Of a DNA stretch of 64,000 nucleotides, positions 27,930 to 36,261 are shown piece after piece; positions within the stretch are counted from its first letter, which is position 1; every line of letters starts with the position of its first letter. Below the pieces are notes generated by a model. The model had not been told where the DNA came from. It did no database searches and saw only the letters and a program-made list of their open reading frames with translations. The stretch is from Phaeovulum sp. (GTDB lineage: Bacteria > Pseudomonadota > Alphaproteobacteria > Rhodobacterales > Rhodobacteraceae), in assembly GCF_047638075.1 (NCBI RefSeq), contig NZ_JBLJBV010000041.1, positions 4,560 to 68,559 on the forward strand, written 5' to 3'. The translations under genes and the position numbers were made by a program.

Positions 27930-28190
27930 ATGTCCGACAGCCCCTCCACCACCGCCAAGGCCCCGACAGTCGTCGATTTGCGCCCCATGTTCCCCGCCGA
28001 ACGGCACACGACGGTCTTTGCAGCGCTTGAATCGCTTGAACCCGGTGCTACGTTTGTGTTGATGAACGATCACGCGCCGGTGCCGCTGTTGCAGCGGATC
28101 GCCCAAAACTGGCCTGATCAATTCGAGTCAGAGTTTCTGGCCGACGGCCCCGAGGTCTGGCAGGTGGCAATCACCCGCAAGAACGCCTGA
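27930..28190 (+). CDS. DUF2249 domain protein
   Basis: VVDLRPMFPAERHTTVFAALESLEPGATFVLMNDHAPVPLLQRIA matches the DUF2249 pattern I remember, a family often found near NsrR/hemerythrin genes. AGAGG lies 9 nt before the ATG at 27930. Divergent from the Rrf2 gene. Confidence 0.65.
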   Translation: MSDSPSTTAKAPTVVDLRPMFPAERHTTVFAALESLEPGATFVLMNDHAPVPLLQRIAQNWPDQFESEFLADGPEVWQVAITRKNA

Positions 28191-28243
28191 GCGAAAGCCA
28201 GAGTCAGGATCTAACACCCCACAAAACCCTTAAGGAGGAAATC

Positions 28244-28669
28244 ATGTTGAAACTGATGCTTCCCGACGCCAGAGCCAAGGTTGACATGACAGCCGTTGCC
28301 CAGGCATTTGGCATCAACGCCAAGGGTCTCGACGACGCGATTCATGCCGGCACCGTCAGCCGCTGGTACGAAGTGGGCCAAGACGACCAAGACAACAAGC
28401 CCCATCAGATTTTCGCCTCTGCGAAATTCCGGCGTCGGGTGGACGTCGATGAACATGGGCTCGTGCATTCCGTCGACGCCTACAAAAGCGCATCCGCCAA
28501 CCCGCCGGAACCTACATCAAGCCACGGCAAAGCCCCGCTGACAAAGCCGGTGAACGCCAACATTCAGGACGCAGCCGCCGTTGCCCGCCGCGCCCATCTG
28601 GAGGAACTGCTTGACGAGGCCCTTGACGAAAGCTTCCCGGCCAGCGATCCTGTCTCCATCAGCTTTTGA
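28244..28669 (+). CDS. Hypothetical protein (141 aa) ending in an LDEALDESFPASDPVS motif
   Basis: Strong RBS AAGGAGG 5 nt before the ATG at 28244. Coding-like composition. No family recognised apart from the C-terminal FPASDP-type motif. Confidence 0.6.
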   Translation: MLKLMLPDARAKVDMTAVAQAFGINAKGLDDAIHAGTVSRWYEVGQDDQDNKPHQIFASAKFRRRVDVDEHGLVHSVDAYKSASANPPEPTSSHGKAPLTKPVNANIQDAAAVARRAHLEELLDEALDESFPASDPVSISF

Positions 28670-28757
28670 CAGCACCCAAAGGACAGCCCACCGATGACGC
28701 CACCCGCCCTGCGGGTGATTGCCGTCAAAAGGGCGAACAGCGCAGCAGGGCATCGCA

Positions 28758-29603
28758 ATGGTCGAGCACTCTGACGACGTAGACGAAATTCCGCGCCTGA
28801 AATGGCCACGCCGCTTTCCGGTGCCGCGTGATTTTGGTGTGGGCAAAGGCTCTCATATAACGGTAGGCAAATCGTGGCCCGCCCCGAAAGGCGCGAGCCG
28901 CATTGCCACCTTGCGGATTTATCGGTTCAACCCCGATGATGACAACGGCCCCCGGATCGACACGTTCCGCGTTGATCTGGATGATTGCGGCCCGATGCTG
29001 CTGGATGCGCTGATCTGGATCAAGAACAAGGTGGACCCGACCCTGACCTTCCGGCGATCTTGCCGCGAGGGGGTCTGCGGGTCCTGTGCGATGACGATTG
29101 ACGGCACCAACTGGACGGCCTGCACCCGCGCCATGGATGAGCTTTGCGAACCGGCCACCATCTATCCGCTGGCCAACCTGCCGGTGATCAAGGATCTGGT
29201 CCCCGATCAGGCCCACCTTTTCGCCCAGCACGCCCTGACAGAGCCGTGGTTGAAAACCGAAACCCCCGCGCCCGAACATGAGCGCCCGCAATCGGTGGCG
29301 CAGCGTCAGGCCCTGGATGGATATTACGAATGCATCCTGTGTTTTTGCTGCACATCCGGCTGCCCCAGCCATTGGTGGAACGGCGATCGCTTTCTTGGCC
29401 CTGCCGCCCTTTTGACCGCGTGGCGCTGGCTGGCCGACAGCCGCGATGAGGGCCGGGGCGAACGTCTGGATGCGCTCGATGACCCCTTTCGCCTTTACCG
29501 TTGCCACACGATCCTGAATTGCACCCGCACCTGCCCGCGCGGCCTGAACCCCGGCAAGGCCATTGCCGAGATCAAGCGGATGATGCTGGAACGCGGCGGT
29601 TGA
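28758..29603 (+). CDS. sdhB: Succinate dehydrogenase / fumarate reductase iron-sulfur subunit
   Basis: All three cluster motifs are present: [23 protein letters not shown] and [30 protein letters not shown] is typical of the SdhB N-terminus. The start is uncertain: ATG at 28758, or GTG at 28839, which would match the canonical length. Confidence 0.9.
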   Translation: MVEHSDDVDEIPRLKWPRRFPVPRDFGVGKGSHITVGKSWPAPKGASRIATLRIYRFNPDDDNGPRIDTFRVDLDDCGPMLLDALIWIKNKVDPTLTFRRSCREGVCGSCAMTIDGTNWTACTRAMDELCEPATIYPLANLPVIKDLVPDQAHLFAQHALTEPWLKTETPAPEHERPQSVAQRQALDGYYECILCFCCTSGCPSHWWNGDRFLGPAALLTAWRWLADSRDEGRGERLDALDDPFRLYRCHTILNCTRTCPRGLNPGKAIAEIKRMMLERGG

Positions 29604-29617
29604 AAAAGGAACAGACC

Positions 29618-29995
29618 ATGCGCCATCCCCGCCCCAAATCGCCCAATATGCAGAACTACCGGCCTCAGCTGACCTCGGTCATGTCGTTTGGCCACCGGCT
29701 GTCCGGCGTCACCCTGGCCATTTTTGCCTTTGGCCTTGCCGGCTGGCTTTTGGCGGGGGCGGCCGGCCCGGCGGCGTTTGGGCGCGCGCAGGCGATCATG
29801 CTGTCGGGGGTGGGGCGCGTTGTGCTGTTTTTGGTCACGTTGGCGGTCTTTTATCATCTTTGCAACGGTATCCGGCATCTGGTCTGGGATAGCGTGCACG
29901 CGTTTGAGCTGCGTCAGATCTATGCGGGGGGCTGGACCGTGATGATTGCCAGCCTGTTCCTGACATTGGCCCTATGGCTGTGGGTGCTGCTATGA
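29618..29995 (+). CDS. sdhC: Succinate dehydrogenase cytochrome b556 subunit
   Basis: SPNMQNYRPQLTSVMSFGHRLSGVTLAI and HLCNGIRHLVWD motifs, with three TM helices. Confidence 0.85.
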   Translation: MRHPRPKSPNMQNYRPQLTSVMSFGHRLSGVTLAIFAFGLAGWLLAGAAGPAAFGRAQAIMLSGVGRVVLFLVTLAVFYHLCNGIRHLVWDSVHAFELRQIYAGGWTVMIASLFLTLALWLWVLL

Positions 29996-30375
29996 GCGGC
30001 CCCCACCTTACCGCCTATTCTGTCGCGCATGGACGGGGGGCCGCGGGGCATGCGGCGCACCATTGGTGGGCGCAGCGCGTTTCAGCCATCGCACTGGTGC
30101 CGTTGGTGCTGTGGCTTCTGGTGGCATTGGCGGGCGGTGCGGCGGCCGATTACGCAGCGCTGACTGTCTGGCTTGGCGCGCCGCTGAATGCGGCCCTGAT
30201 GATCCTGCTGGTGATCGCGGCCTTCCACCACGCCGCCCTTGGGCTAAAAACCATTGCCGAGGATTATGTCCATTCACGCGCGCGCTTTGCCGTCATCGCG
30301 TTTGTGCAACTTGCTTGCGCGGCGGGCGGTGGGGCGGGTATCGTGGCAACCATGGTGATCGCCATCGCCGGTTGA
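29992..30375 (+). CDS. sdhD: Succinate dehydrogenase hydrophobic membrane anchor subunit
   Basis: ATGA overlap with the sdhC stop. HHWWAQRVSAIALVPL and FHHAALGLKTIAEDYVH motifs, with three TM helices. Confidence 0.8.
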   Translation: MSGPHLTAYSVAHGRGAAGHAAHHWWAQRVSAIALVPLVLWLLVALAGGAAADYAALTVWLGAPLNAALMILLVIAAFHHAALGLKTIAEDYVHSRARFAVIAFVQLACAAGGGAGIVATMVIAIAG

Positions 30376-30420
30376 CCGGGACGGGCAAACCCTTGATTTC
30401 GCTGCGCGGATCTTCGGTTC

Positions 30421-30768
30421 ATGCTATCCGGGCGTCGTGACCTTGCAGCGGCTCGCAGATTCTTCAAACAGGCCATCGGCACGAACCGCGTGCCAGACCG
30501 GGTTTTGATTGACAAAGGCGGCACCAATCTGGCCGGCATAAAAAGTATGAACGTGATCTTGAAATTCACCAGCACGGGGCGATTCAGCATGGCTCAACGC
30601 GTTAACGGTCGCATCGACCAGGTGCTGCAAAGCTACCACTTCGGATCAGGCGATAAACCGGGGGCTATGCTGCGGCGCTATGTCTGGCTTTACAACCAGC
30701 AGTTTTCGCAATCAGCCTTGGGCTGCAAGTCGCCCTTGCAGCCAATGAAGGACTGGTACAAACTCTGA
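30421..30768 (+). pseudogene. Chimeric transposase remnant: an IS6-family internal fragment fused to the C-terminal end of an IS481-like integrase
   Basis: The first half, RRDLAAARRFFKQAIGTNRVPDRVLIDKGGTNLAGI, resembles the central region of IS6 transposases. The second half, VNGRIDQVLQSYHFGSGDKPGAMLRRYVWLYNQQFSQSALGCKSPLQPMKDWY, is an rve-family C-terminus. No DDE core and no terminal repeats are present. Confidence 0.6.
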
Positions 30769-30808
30769 TCAGAGCTGTTCAAGAAACAGCCATACCACCT
30801 TCCGGGAT

Positions 30809-30838
30809 TTGACAGCTGGTTGTTGAATTGAGTAGATA
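30809..30838 (+). promoter_or_regulatory. Possible sigma70-type promoter for the PqqD-like operon
   Basis: Perfect -35 TTGACA (30809-30814), an 18-nt spacer and a weak -10 TAGATA (30833-30838). GGAG lies 6 nt upstream of the ATG at 30853. Confidence 0.3.
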
Positions 30839-30852
30839 ATCTGGAGACTTTA

Positions 30853-31224
30853 ATGACGAGCTTCCTGATCGCGGGACCTGATATCGTTGACGAGCAGTTT
30901 GACGGTGAGATGGTGATCTTGAACCTGCAAACCGGACAATACTTTGGCTTGAACGAAAGCGGCGCCGCCCTGTGGGTAGCCCTTACATCCGGTCAGAACC
31001 CCGAAACCATAGCAGGCCAGCCCGGGGCGGACTTTGCTACCCGTCTTGTTGATCTTGGTTTAATCAAGACGAGTGACTCCGACCCTGTCCAAGGCGTGGA
31101 ACTTACGCTTGCAGCCCCCCCCACCATTGAGGTTTACGATGATTTGTCAGACCTGATCATGGCGGATCCCATCCATGATGTTGACGAGGACAGAGGGTGG
31201 CCAAACCGCCCTGAAACGGCTTGA
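30853..31224 (+). CDS. PqqD-family (RRE-like peptide-binding) protein with a 50-aa acidic C-terminal tail
   Basis: FDGEMVILNLQTGQYFGLNESGAALWVALTSGQNPETIA is the classic PqqD beta-strand/helix pattern. A tail rich in D/E follows. Confidence 0.75.
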   Translation: MTSFLIAGPDIVDEQFDGEMVILNLQTGQYFGLNESGAALWVALTSGQNPETIAGQPGADFATRLVDLGLIKTSDSDPVQGVELTLAAPPTIEVYDDLSDLIMADPIHDVDEDRGWPNRPETA

Positions 31225-31230
31225 CGCCAC

Positions 31231-32286
31231 ATGTTGGAACGTAGCCCTGCCTACCGCGAAAGTGCATATGACCGTCGCCTGATCCAGCTGTTGAAATCTG
31301 TTCTTGACGGGTTTGACACCCTTTCCAAAACCGCGCGGTTTTCCCGCCGTTTGGACGTGGCCGGCACGACGTTTGAAGTCTGCTGTAACGATCACGACTA
31401 TCTGGAGCAGGCAGAACGCGCCCTTGCCACGCGGCCCGGCACTGATGGGCGCATATGCAAAATTGCGGTTATCAGCGCCGACGACCTCGTGGGCGCCATG
31501 CCGGTCTGGACGTTGGACGGATTTCATGAACGTCAGTGGGAAGCCGTTCTTGCACAGACATCCTACCGCCTGCACTACTTTGAGAATCTGGAGTTCTGGC
31601 AGGTCTTTGATGTGGATCGCGGGATCGGTGTCCAGTGGATGAAGGCAAAAGATGCCCTTCCCGCGTGGGACAGCGGGTCTCCGTTGCGGAATTTTGTGCA
31701 GTGGCGGCTGGGAACACAGACCGCGTCACTTCTGCATGGCGGCACCCTGGCCCTATCTGAAAGCGGGGTTCTTCTGGCGGGCGAGGGAGGGGCGGGGAAA
31801 TCCTCGACCGTGCTGGCGGGCATATTTGGCGGGCTGCAAAGCGTTGGCGATGACTACGTCCTTGTCGACGTTGAAAACCTTGTTGCGCGCCCCGTGTTCG
31901 ACACACTCAAACAGGATGAAAAAGGCTTGCGGCGCTTGGGGCAATGGCAACATCCTTTGATCCCAAAGGCCCCCAACTGGCAGGGAAAGCACCAATTCTA
32001 CATGCCGGACGTGGTTGACGGCGGCCTGCCTTCTCAAATTGAATTGAAGGCGATTGTGCTGCCGGAACTGACCTACGCGCAACACACATCACTCATCCCG
32101 ACAACCGCAAAAGAGGCTTTCCTCGCACTTGCGCCCTCTGGCGTGACACAAATTCACTGCGACAGAGCACGGCTTTTCCATGTGGCGGGGCGCATAACCC
32201 GCGCCTTGCCGGCCTACCGGTTGCGGCTAGGGACACAGCCGGATGAAATCGTGCAGGTGCTGCGCACTTTTTTGGAGGCTTTGTGA
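31231..32286 (+). CDS. HPr kinase/phosphorylase-related P-loop protein (HprK-related kinase)
   Basis: GVLLAGEGGAGKSSTVLAGIFGGLQSVGDDYVLVD (P-loop at 31780-31806) parallels the HprK/P block GxSGxGKS...ADD.V. No N-terminal HprK domain is present. Confidence 0.7.
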   Translation: MLERSPAYRESAYDRRLIQLLKSVLDGFDTLSKTARFSRRLDVAGTTFEVCCNDHDYLEQAERALATRPGTDGRICKIAVISADDLVGAMPVWTLDGFHERQWEAVLAQTSYRLHYFENLEFWQVFDVDRGIGVQWMKAKDALPAWDSGSPLRNFVQWRLGTQTASLLHGGTLALSESGVLLAGEGGAGKSSTVLAGIFGGLQSVGDDYVLVDVENLVARPVFDTLKQDEKGLRRLGQWQHPLIPKAPNWQGKHQFYMPDVVDGGLPSQIELKAIVLPELTYAQHTSLIPTTAKEAFLALAPSGVTQIHCDRARLFHVAGRITRALPAYRLRLGTQPDEIVQVLRTFLEAL

Positions 32287-33038
32287 TGGTTGTCACCGTA
32301 ATCATTCCGGTTTTCAACCGGCCCATGGAAATACGCAGCGCTGTGGAATCCGTCATGCGTCAGGCCTGCGCATTGCCGCTTGATATATTGATCGTCGATG
32401 ATGGATCTACGGATGAAACGCCCGAAGTGCTTGCAGCTCTTGCAACCCAAGACCCGCGCATAAGGAATATCAGGCGCGACAACGGCGGCGTCACATTGGC
32501 CCGCAACACTGGGTTGGACGCATTGTTGCCGCAAACGCAATACGTCACTTTTCTAGATTCTGATGACCTGATGGCACCGGACCGTTTTGTGCGCGATCTG
32601 CCCATTCTGATAGAAAATCCGGATCTGGGATTAACCTATGGCGATATGGTCATCACCTTTGCATTGGATCGCAAAAACCTGACGGTTCCACACGATGCCA
32701 AACAGCAACGGCTGACCAGTATTCATTTGGCAAGTTGCCTGTACCGGCGCAACCTGATCGACCGGATCGGTCGTTTCGACGAGTCCCTGAAAATGGCAGA
32801 AGATACCGATTATATCTTTCGAACCTTCGAAATCGGTATTTCGTTTCGCCAGACAGATACCATTTGCCATTACTACCTGCGTCACCCGGGAAACATGTCG
32901 TCAAAACTGCGCGACAACCAGATCTGGTTTGCACGCGCCATTTTGCGTAGTGTCCAGCGCCGCAGGGACGACCCGACCCGTACATTGGTCAAACCCACAT
33001 TCAGCATCGAATTGCAAAAGGACTTTTTTGTATCATGA
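32283..33038 (+). CDS. Glycosyltransferase family 2
   Basis: VTVIIPVFNRPMEIRSAVESVMRQ, LIVDDGSTDETPEVL, LDSDD and EDTDYIFR. GTGA overlap with the upstream stop. Confidence 0.85.
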   Translation: MMVVTVIIPVFNRPMEIRSAVESVMRQACALPLDILIVDDGSTDETPEVLAALATQDPRIRNIRRDNGGVTLARNTGLDALLPQTQYVTFLDSDDLMAPDRFVRDLPILIENPDLGLTYGDMVITFALDRKNLTVPHDAKQQRLTSIHLASCLYRRNLIDRIGRFDESLKMAEDTDYIFRTFEIGISFRQTDTICHYYLRHPGNMSSKLRDNQIWFARAILRSVQRRRDDPTRTLVKPTFSIELQKDFFVS

Positions 33039-33703
33039 GATATGCTGTCGCCATACCAGCGTTTAACGCCGCACAAACCATTCATGAAACGTTGGCATCG
33101 ATAGTGAATCAAACCATCGCTCCGGTTGAAATCGTCGTGGTGGATGATGGATCATCAGACAATACGACAGACATCGTCGAACAGTTTGGCCACGGGGTCC
33201 GGTTAATCAGGCAAGCGAATGCAGGGTGCGGCGCGGCCACAACTGCGGCCATCAACGCCACAAGCGCGCCGATCATGGCAACCGTTGATGCCGATGATCT
33301 GTGGGTGCGAGACAAGCTTGAGCGCCAGCTTGCCAGTTTGAACGGCTTTGGCGCAGACACACTTTCGTTCACAAGAATGCGCCAGTTCCGGCACGAGGAT
33401 CCGGAACGCGGCAGCGGTCGTGTGCAGGATGGTTGGGGCCGCTCGACCCTTGTGATGCACCGCTCCTCCTTCGAAAAAGTCGGGCCCATCATAGATCCGC
33501 CGGGCAATTGTGGTGACATGGTTGACTGGATCGGCAGGGCACGCCAAATCGGGTTGCGCACGCACATGTTGCCACAGGTGCTGGCCCTGCGGCGGATTAT
33601 TTCCAGCAGCATGACCTTCAACCTCAACAACGATCAACGCCGCGCATACCTTGCTGTCGCCCGGGCCTCCATGTTGCGACAGCGGGAAGCAACGAAAAAA
33701 TGA
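33035..33703 (+). CDS. Glycosyltransferase family 2
   Basis: YAVAIPAFNAAQTIHETLASIVNQT, IVVVDDGSSDNT and TVDADD. ATGA overlaps at both ends. Confidence 0.85.
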   Translation: MRYAVAIPAFNAAQTIHETLASIVNQTIAPVEIVVVDDGSSDNTTDIVEQFGHGVRLIRQANAGCGAATTAAINATSAPIMATVDADDLWVRDKLERQLASLNGFGADTLSFTRMRQFRHEDPERGSGRVQDGWGRSTLVMHRSSFEKVGPIIDPPGNCGDMVDWIGRARQIGLRTHMLPQVLALRRIISSSMTFNLNNDQRRAYLAVARASMLRQREATKK

Positions 33704-35166
33704 ACAGCACGCCTTCTCGCGGTTTTCCGAATTTTTCATGGGCGTGGCCGGGTGGCCCGCGCCTGCTGCTGCTGCACGCCGCCATCAACCCCGATGCGCA
33801 AACCGCCCGCGATGCACTGACCGACTGGCTTGCCAACAACGATCTGGACGACGCCGCGTTTCCCGAGCACCGGTTGTTTTCGGCAATAACAACCCGGTTT
33901 GGTCGCTCGCTTGAGGGGTTGGCCGAGTACCCCCGTCTGGTTGGCCTTCAACGGCTGCACTGGACCCAATCGCGGTTGGCAGTGTCACAAAATCTGCCGC
34001 CGCTACGAGACTTTGTCGACGCCGGCCTGAAGGTTGTGCTTTTGAAGGGCGCGGCACGCATTGCCCTCAATCCGGTAGAACAGAAATCCCGCACAGCATT
34101 CGATCTCGACTTGCTCTTGCCGGACGGGGATTTCGAAACCGCCGCAGAGATGCTGACCGCGCAGGATTGGCAGTCCAGCCGCGGCGAGAGTGCCCTTGGT
34201 CTGAAGGCGCGCATATCGAGCGTTCGCGCGCGCAATTTCAAGAAGGGCCGTTTCGGAGACATTGATCTGCACCGTGCTGCTTACCAAAACATTTACGCCA
34301 ACGCGCATTTCGACGCCCTGATGCTGCAAGATGCGCGGACTGCCGAATACTACGGGGTGCCTGTGTTCGTGCCATCTGTTGAGGAACGCTTGGTCATGGC
34401 GATGGGCCACGGCGCATGGGATGGACACCATCATAGCGACTGGCTGGTCGATATTGCTGCAATGCTGGAAACCGAGGCCATCAATTGGGATAAATTGCAT
34501 AAGATTGCGACGGGTCGCCGTCTGCGTGGGCCAAGCGCCATCGCGCTGTCATTTCTGGCGCAAGAAATGAACCTGAAGATACCGCATGAGGTGTTGCGGA
34601 AATTTGGCGCAGACCGGCCGCGCGCGCGAATTCGGGACATACCGGATCTGATCATGGCACGCGAAACTGACGCGTTGAACGGTTCACAAAAGCGCTTGCG
34701 TAAGGTCGTCCACGGTTTTTACCGGCTGCGGCGCTCGGGTAGAAACAGGACGCAGGACGTTAAACTTGTCCGCACCTTTACACGATCAACCGCGCTGGAA
34801 ATCTACAGCCCGGAAGACGTCACCGTGGCCGCAGTGCAGCCTGACAAGGCGCGCGGCGGGCAATGGACCCTGACAGCAAAGCTGCTGGTCAAGGCACCGG
34901 CCATCCGCAGGCGGATCGAACTCGACGTGAATGGTCCGAACCGGAACCTTTGCCATGTTCAGGTGCTGCATCTGCGACAGAAGGCTGGTCTTCAACTTGT
35001 CACTTTTTCAGTGCGGTTGAATTTGACTGATAAAGATTTCCCGATCTCAGTGCTTTCATTGCCAAGTAAATTCATCGAAGCCGAACCCGATAGCCACGAA
35101 TACCGAAAATATAGCAGAGTGTCATTCAAGGCCCTGAGTTTAAAACTTGACCCCGGCAAAACCTAA
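33700..35166 (+). CDS. Uncharacterised nucleotidyltransferase family protein (NTP_transf_5-like) with a ~120-aa C-terminal extension
   Basis: GLKVVLLKGAARIALNPVEQKSRTAFDLDLLLPDGDFETAAEMLTAQDWQS matches the KG...R...D.D.L core of PF14907-type proteins as I remember them. The last ~120 aa look beta-rich, with no recognised domain. Confidence 0.6.
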   Translation: MNSTPSRGFPNFSWAWPGGPRLLLLHAAINPDAQTARDALTDWLANNDLDDAAFPEHRLFSAITTRFGRSLEGLAEYPRLVGLQRLHWTQSRLAVSQNLPPLRDFVDAGLKVVLLKGAARIALNPVEQKSRTAFDLDLLLPDGDFETAAEMLTAQDWQSSRGESALGLKARISSVRARNFKKGRFGDIDLHRAAYQNIYANAHFDALMLQDARTAEYYGVPVFVPSVEERLVMAMGHGAWDGHHHSDWLVDIAAMLETEAINWDKLHKIATGRRLRGPSAIALSFLAQEMNLKIPHEVLRKFGADRPRARIRDIPDLIMARETDALNGSQKRLRKVVHGFYRLRRSGRNRTQDVKLVRTFTRSTALEIYSPEDVTVAAVQPDKARGGQWTLTAKLLVKAPAIRRRIELDVNGPNRNLCHVQVLHLRQKAGLQLVTFSVRLNLTDKDFPISVLSLPSKFIEAEPDSHEYRKYSRVSFKALSLKLDPGKT

Positions 35167-35224
35167 AACCGGCCGTAATATCCTCTATACCGTTTCTGCT
35201 CCAAAATCCGAAAACTATCTTTCG

Positions 35225-35953
35225 TTATGCCGCTGAAGTTGTCTGACACCTTGTCGCGCAAGGTTTTCTAATCGCGCGGGATGGTTTCACGCATGAACGC
35301 AAGAATAGCGTCGGCAAACGGTTTTCGACTTGGGTTGAGGCGCCCCCCATTCCTTGGACAGGATCTGGGGTTTTCCAAGCTCTGATCTGCTCTTGCTGAT
35401 CGGGGTGCGTTGCTTCGACTTTCAGCGAGTAGACCATCGCCGGTGGTTGCCCGCCAGAGGCTTTGTGCGGGCGGCGGTGATTGTAGAACTCCATCCGTTT
35501 CCGGACACCCGCGCGGGCCAGAGACCCGGTCTCCCAGAAACCCACGGCGCATCCATTGCCCGGCAGGCGATTTGGCAGGGCCAAATCTGCCGAGTGGGGG
35601 CAGATAGGTGATGTCCACGCACCAGACCTGGTTTGGCCGTTCCACCTGCAGCCCATGCAGGAGGTAAGGGCAGGCCTTGTGTCTCTTTGCGGGCTTACTG
35701 GTGTTACTTCCGATCCCAAGGCTTGAGTTCTTTCCAAAAAAGAGTTGACCACCGTCAGCTCCCCAATCTTGGCATGCAGATCCCTGACCTGGTCTTCATC
35801 GATGACCGGTGCCTTGCGGCGGCTGCGTTCAAACACACCGGACGCGCCACCACGCAGCGCGCGTTTCCATTGGTTGATCATCGTCGGATGCACGCAGAAC
35901 CGGCTCGCCAGTTCCGACACGGTCGCCTCCCCTTTCAACGCTCCCAGCGCCAC
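35225..35953 (-). pseudogene. Decayed IS3-family element: orfA helix region plus scattered orfB pieces with internal deletions
   Basis: VSELASRFCVHPTMINQWKRALRGGASGVFERSRRKAPVIDEDQVRDLHAKIGELTVVNSFLE is IS3 orfA. ERPNQVWCVDITYLP (alternate frame, about 35600-35645) and EFYNHRRPHKASGGQPPAMVY are rve-domain pieces. The DDE core is missing. Confidence 0.75.
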
Positions 35954-36034
35954 CTTCGCCTTGAACTCAGGGGCGAGCTGCTACCGCCTCGGAAGTTCTG
36001 GTCGCGGCCAATCATTGAAATGTATGCGGCCGGG

Positions 36035-36223
36035 ATGTTGGTTGTGGAAACGATTGCCAAGATCGGGCGAGCGTATTTCATCCAAGGTAAGCCGATCAAG
36101 CAGATCTGCCGTGAGTTGCGGGTGTCGCGGAACGCGGTGCGCAAGGTGGTGCGGTCGGAAGCAACGGAGTTCAGCTATGACCGCTCGACGCAGCCCCGTC
36201 CGAAGATTGATCCCTGGCGCGAT
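36035..36223 (+). pseudogene. IS21-family istA N-terminal fragment
   Basis: [63 protein letters not shown] matches the HTH N-terminus of IS21-family transposases. It breaks off after about 63 aa. Confidence 0.7.
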
Positions 36224-36261
36224 CATCGACTGCCAAAGCGTCAAAAGCGCAGAAAAAGGGG

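Noticed and set aside
28701-28717. Hairpin cacccgc-cct-gcgggtg as a terminator between the 141-aa ORF and sdhB
   Set aside because: The stem is 7 bp with a 3-nt loop and no following U-tract. It may lie inside the sdhB leader. The evidence is too weak to annotate.
30853-35166. Calling the PqqD/HprK-like/NTase operon a lasso-peptide biosynthetic cluster
   Set aside because: The defining genes are absent from the operon and its flanks. These are the Asn-synthetase-like cyclase, the transglutaminase-like protease and a precursor ORF. Only the accessory and recognition-type genes are present, so I report it as an uncharacterised system instead.
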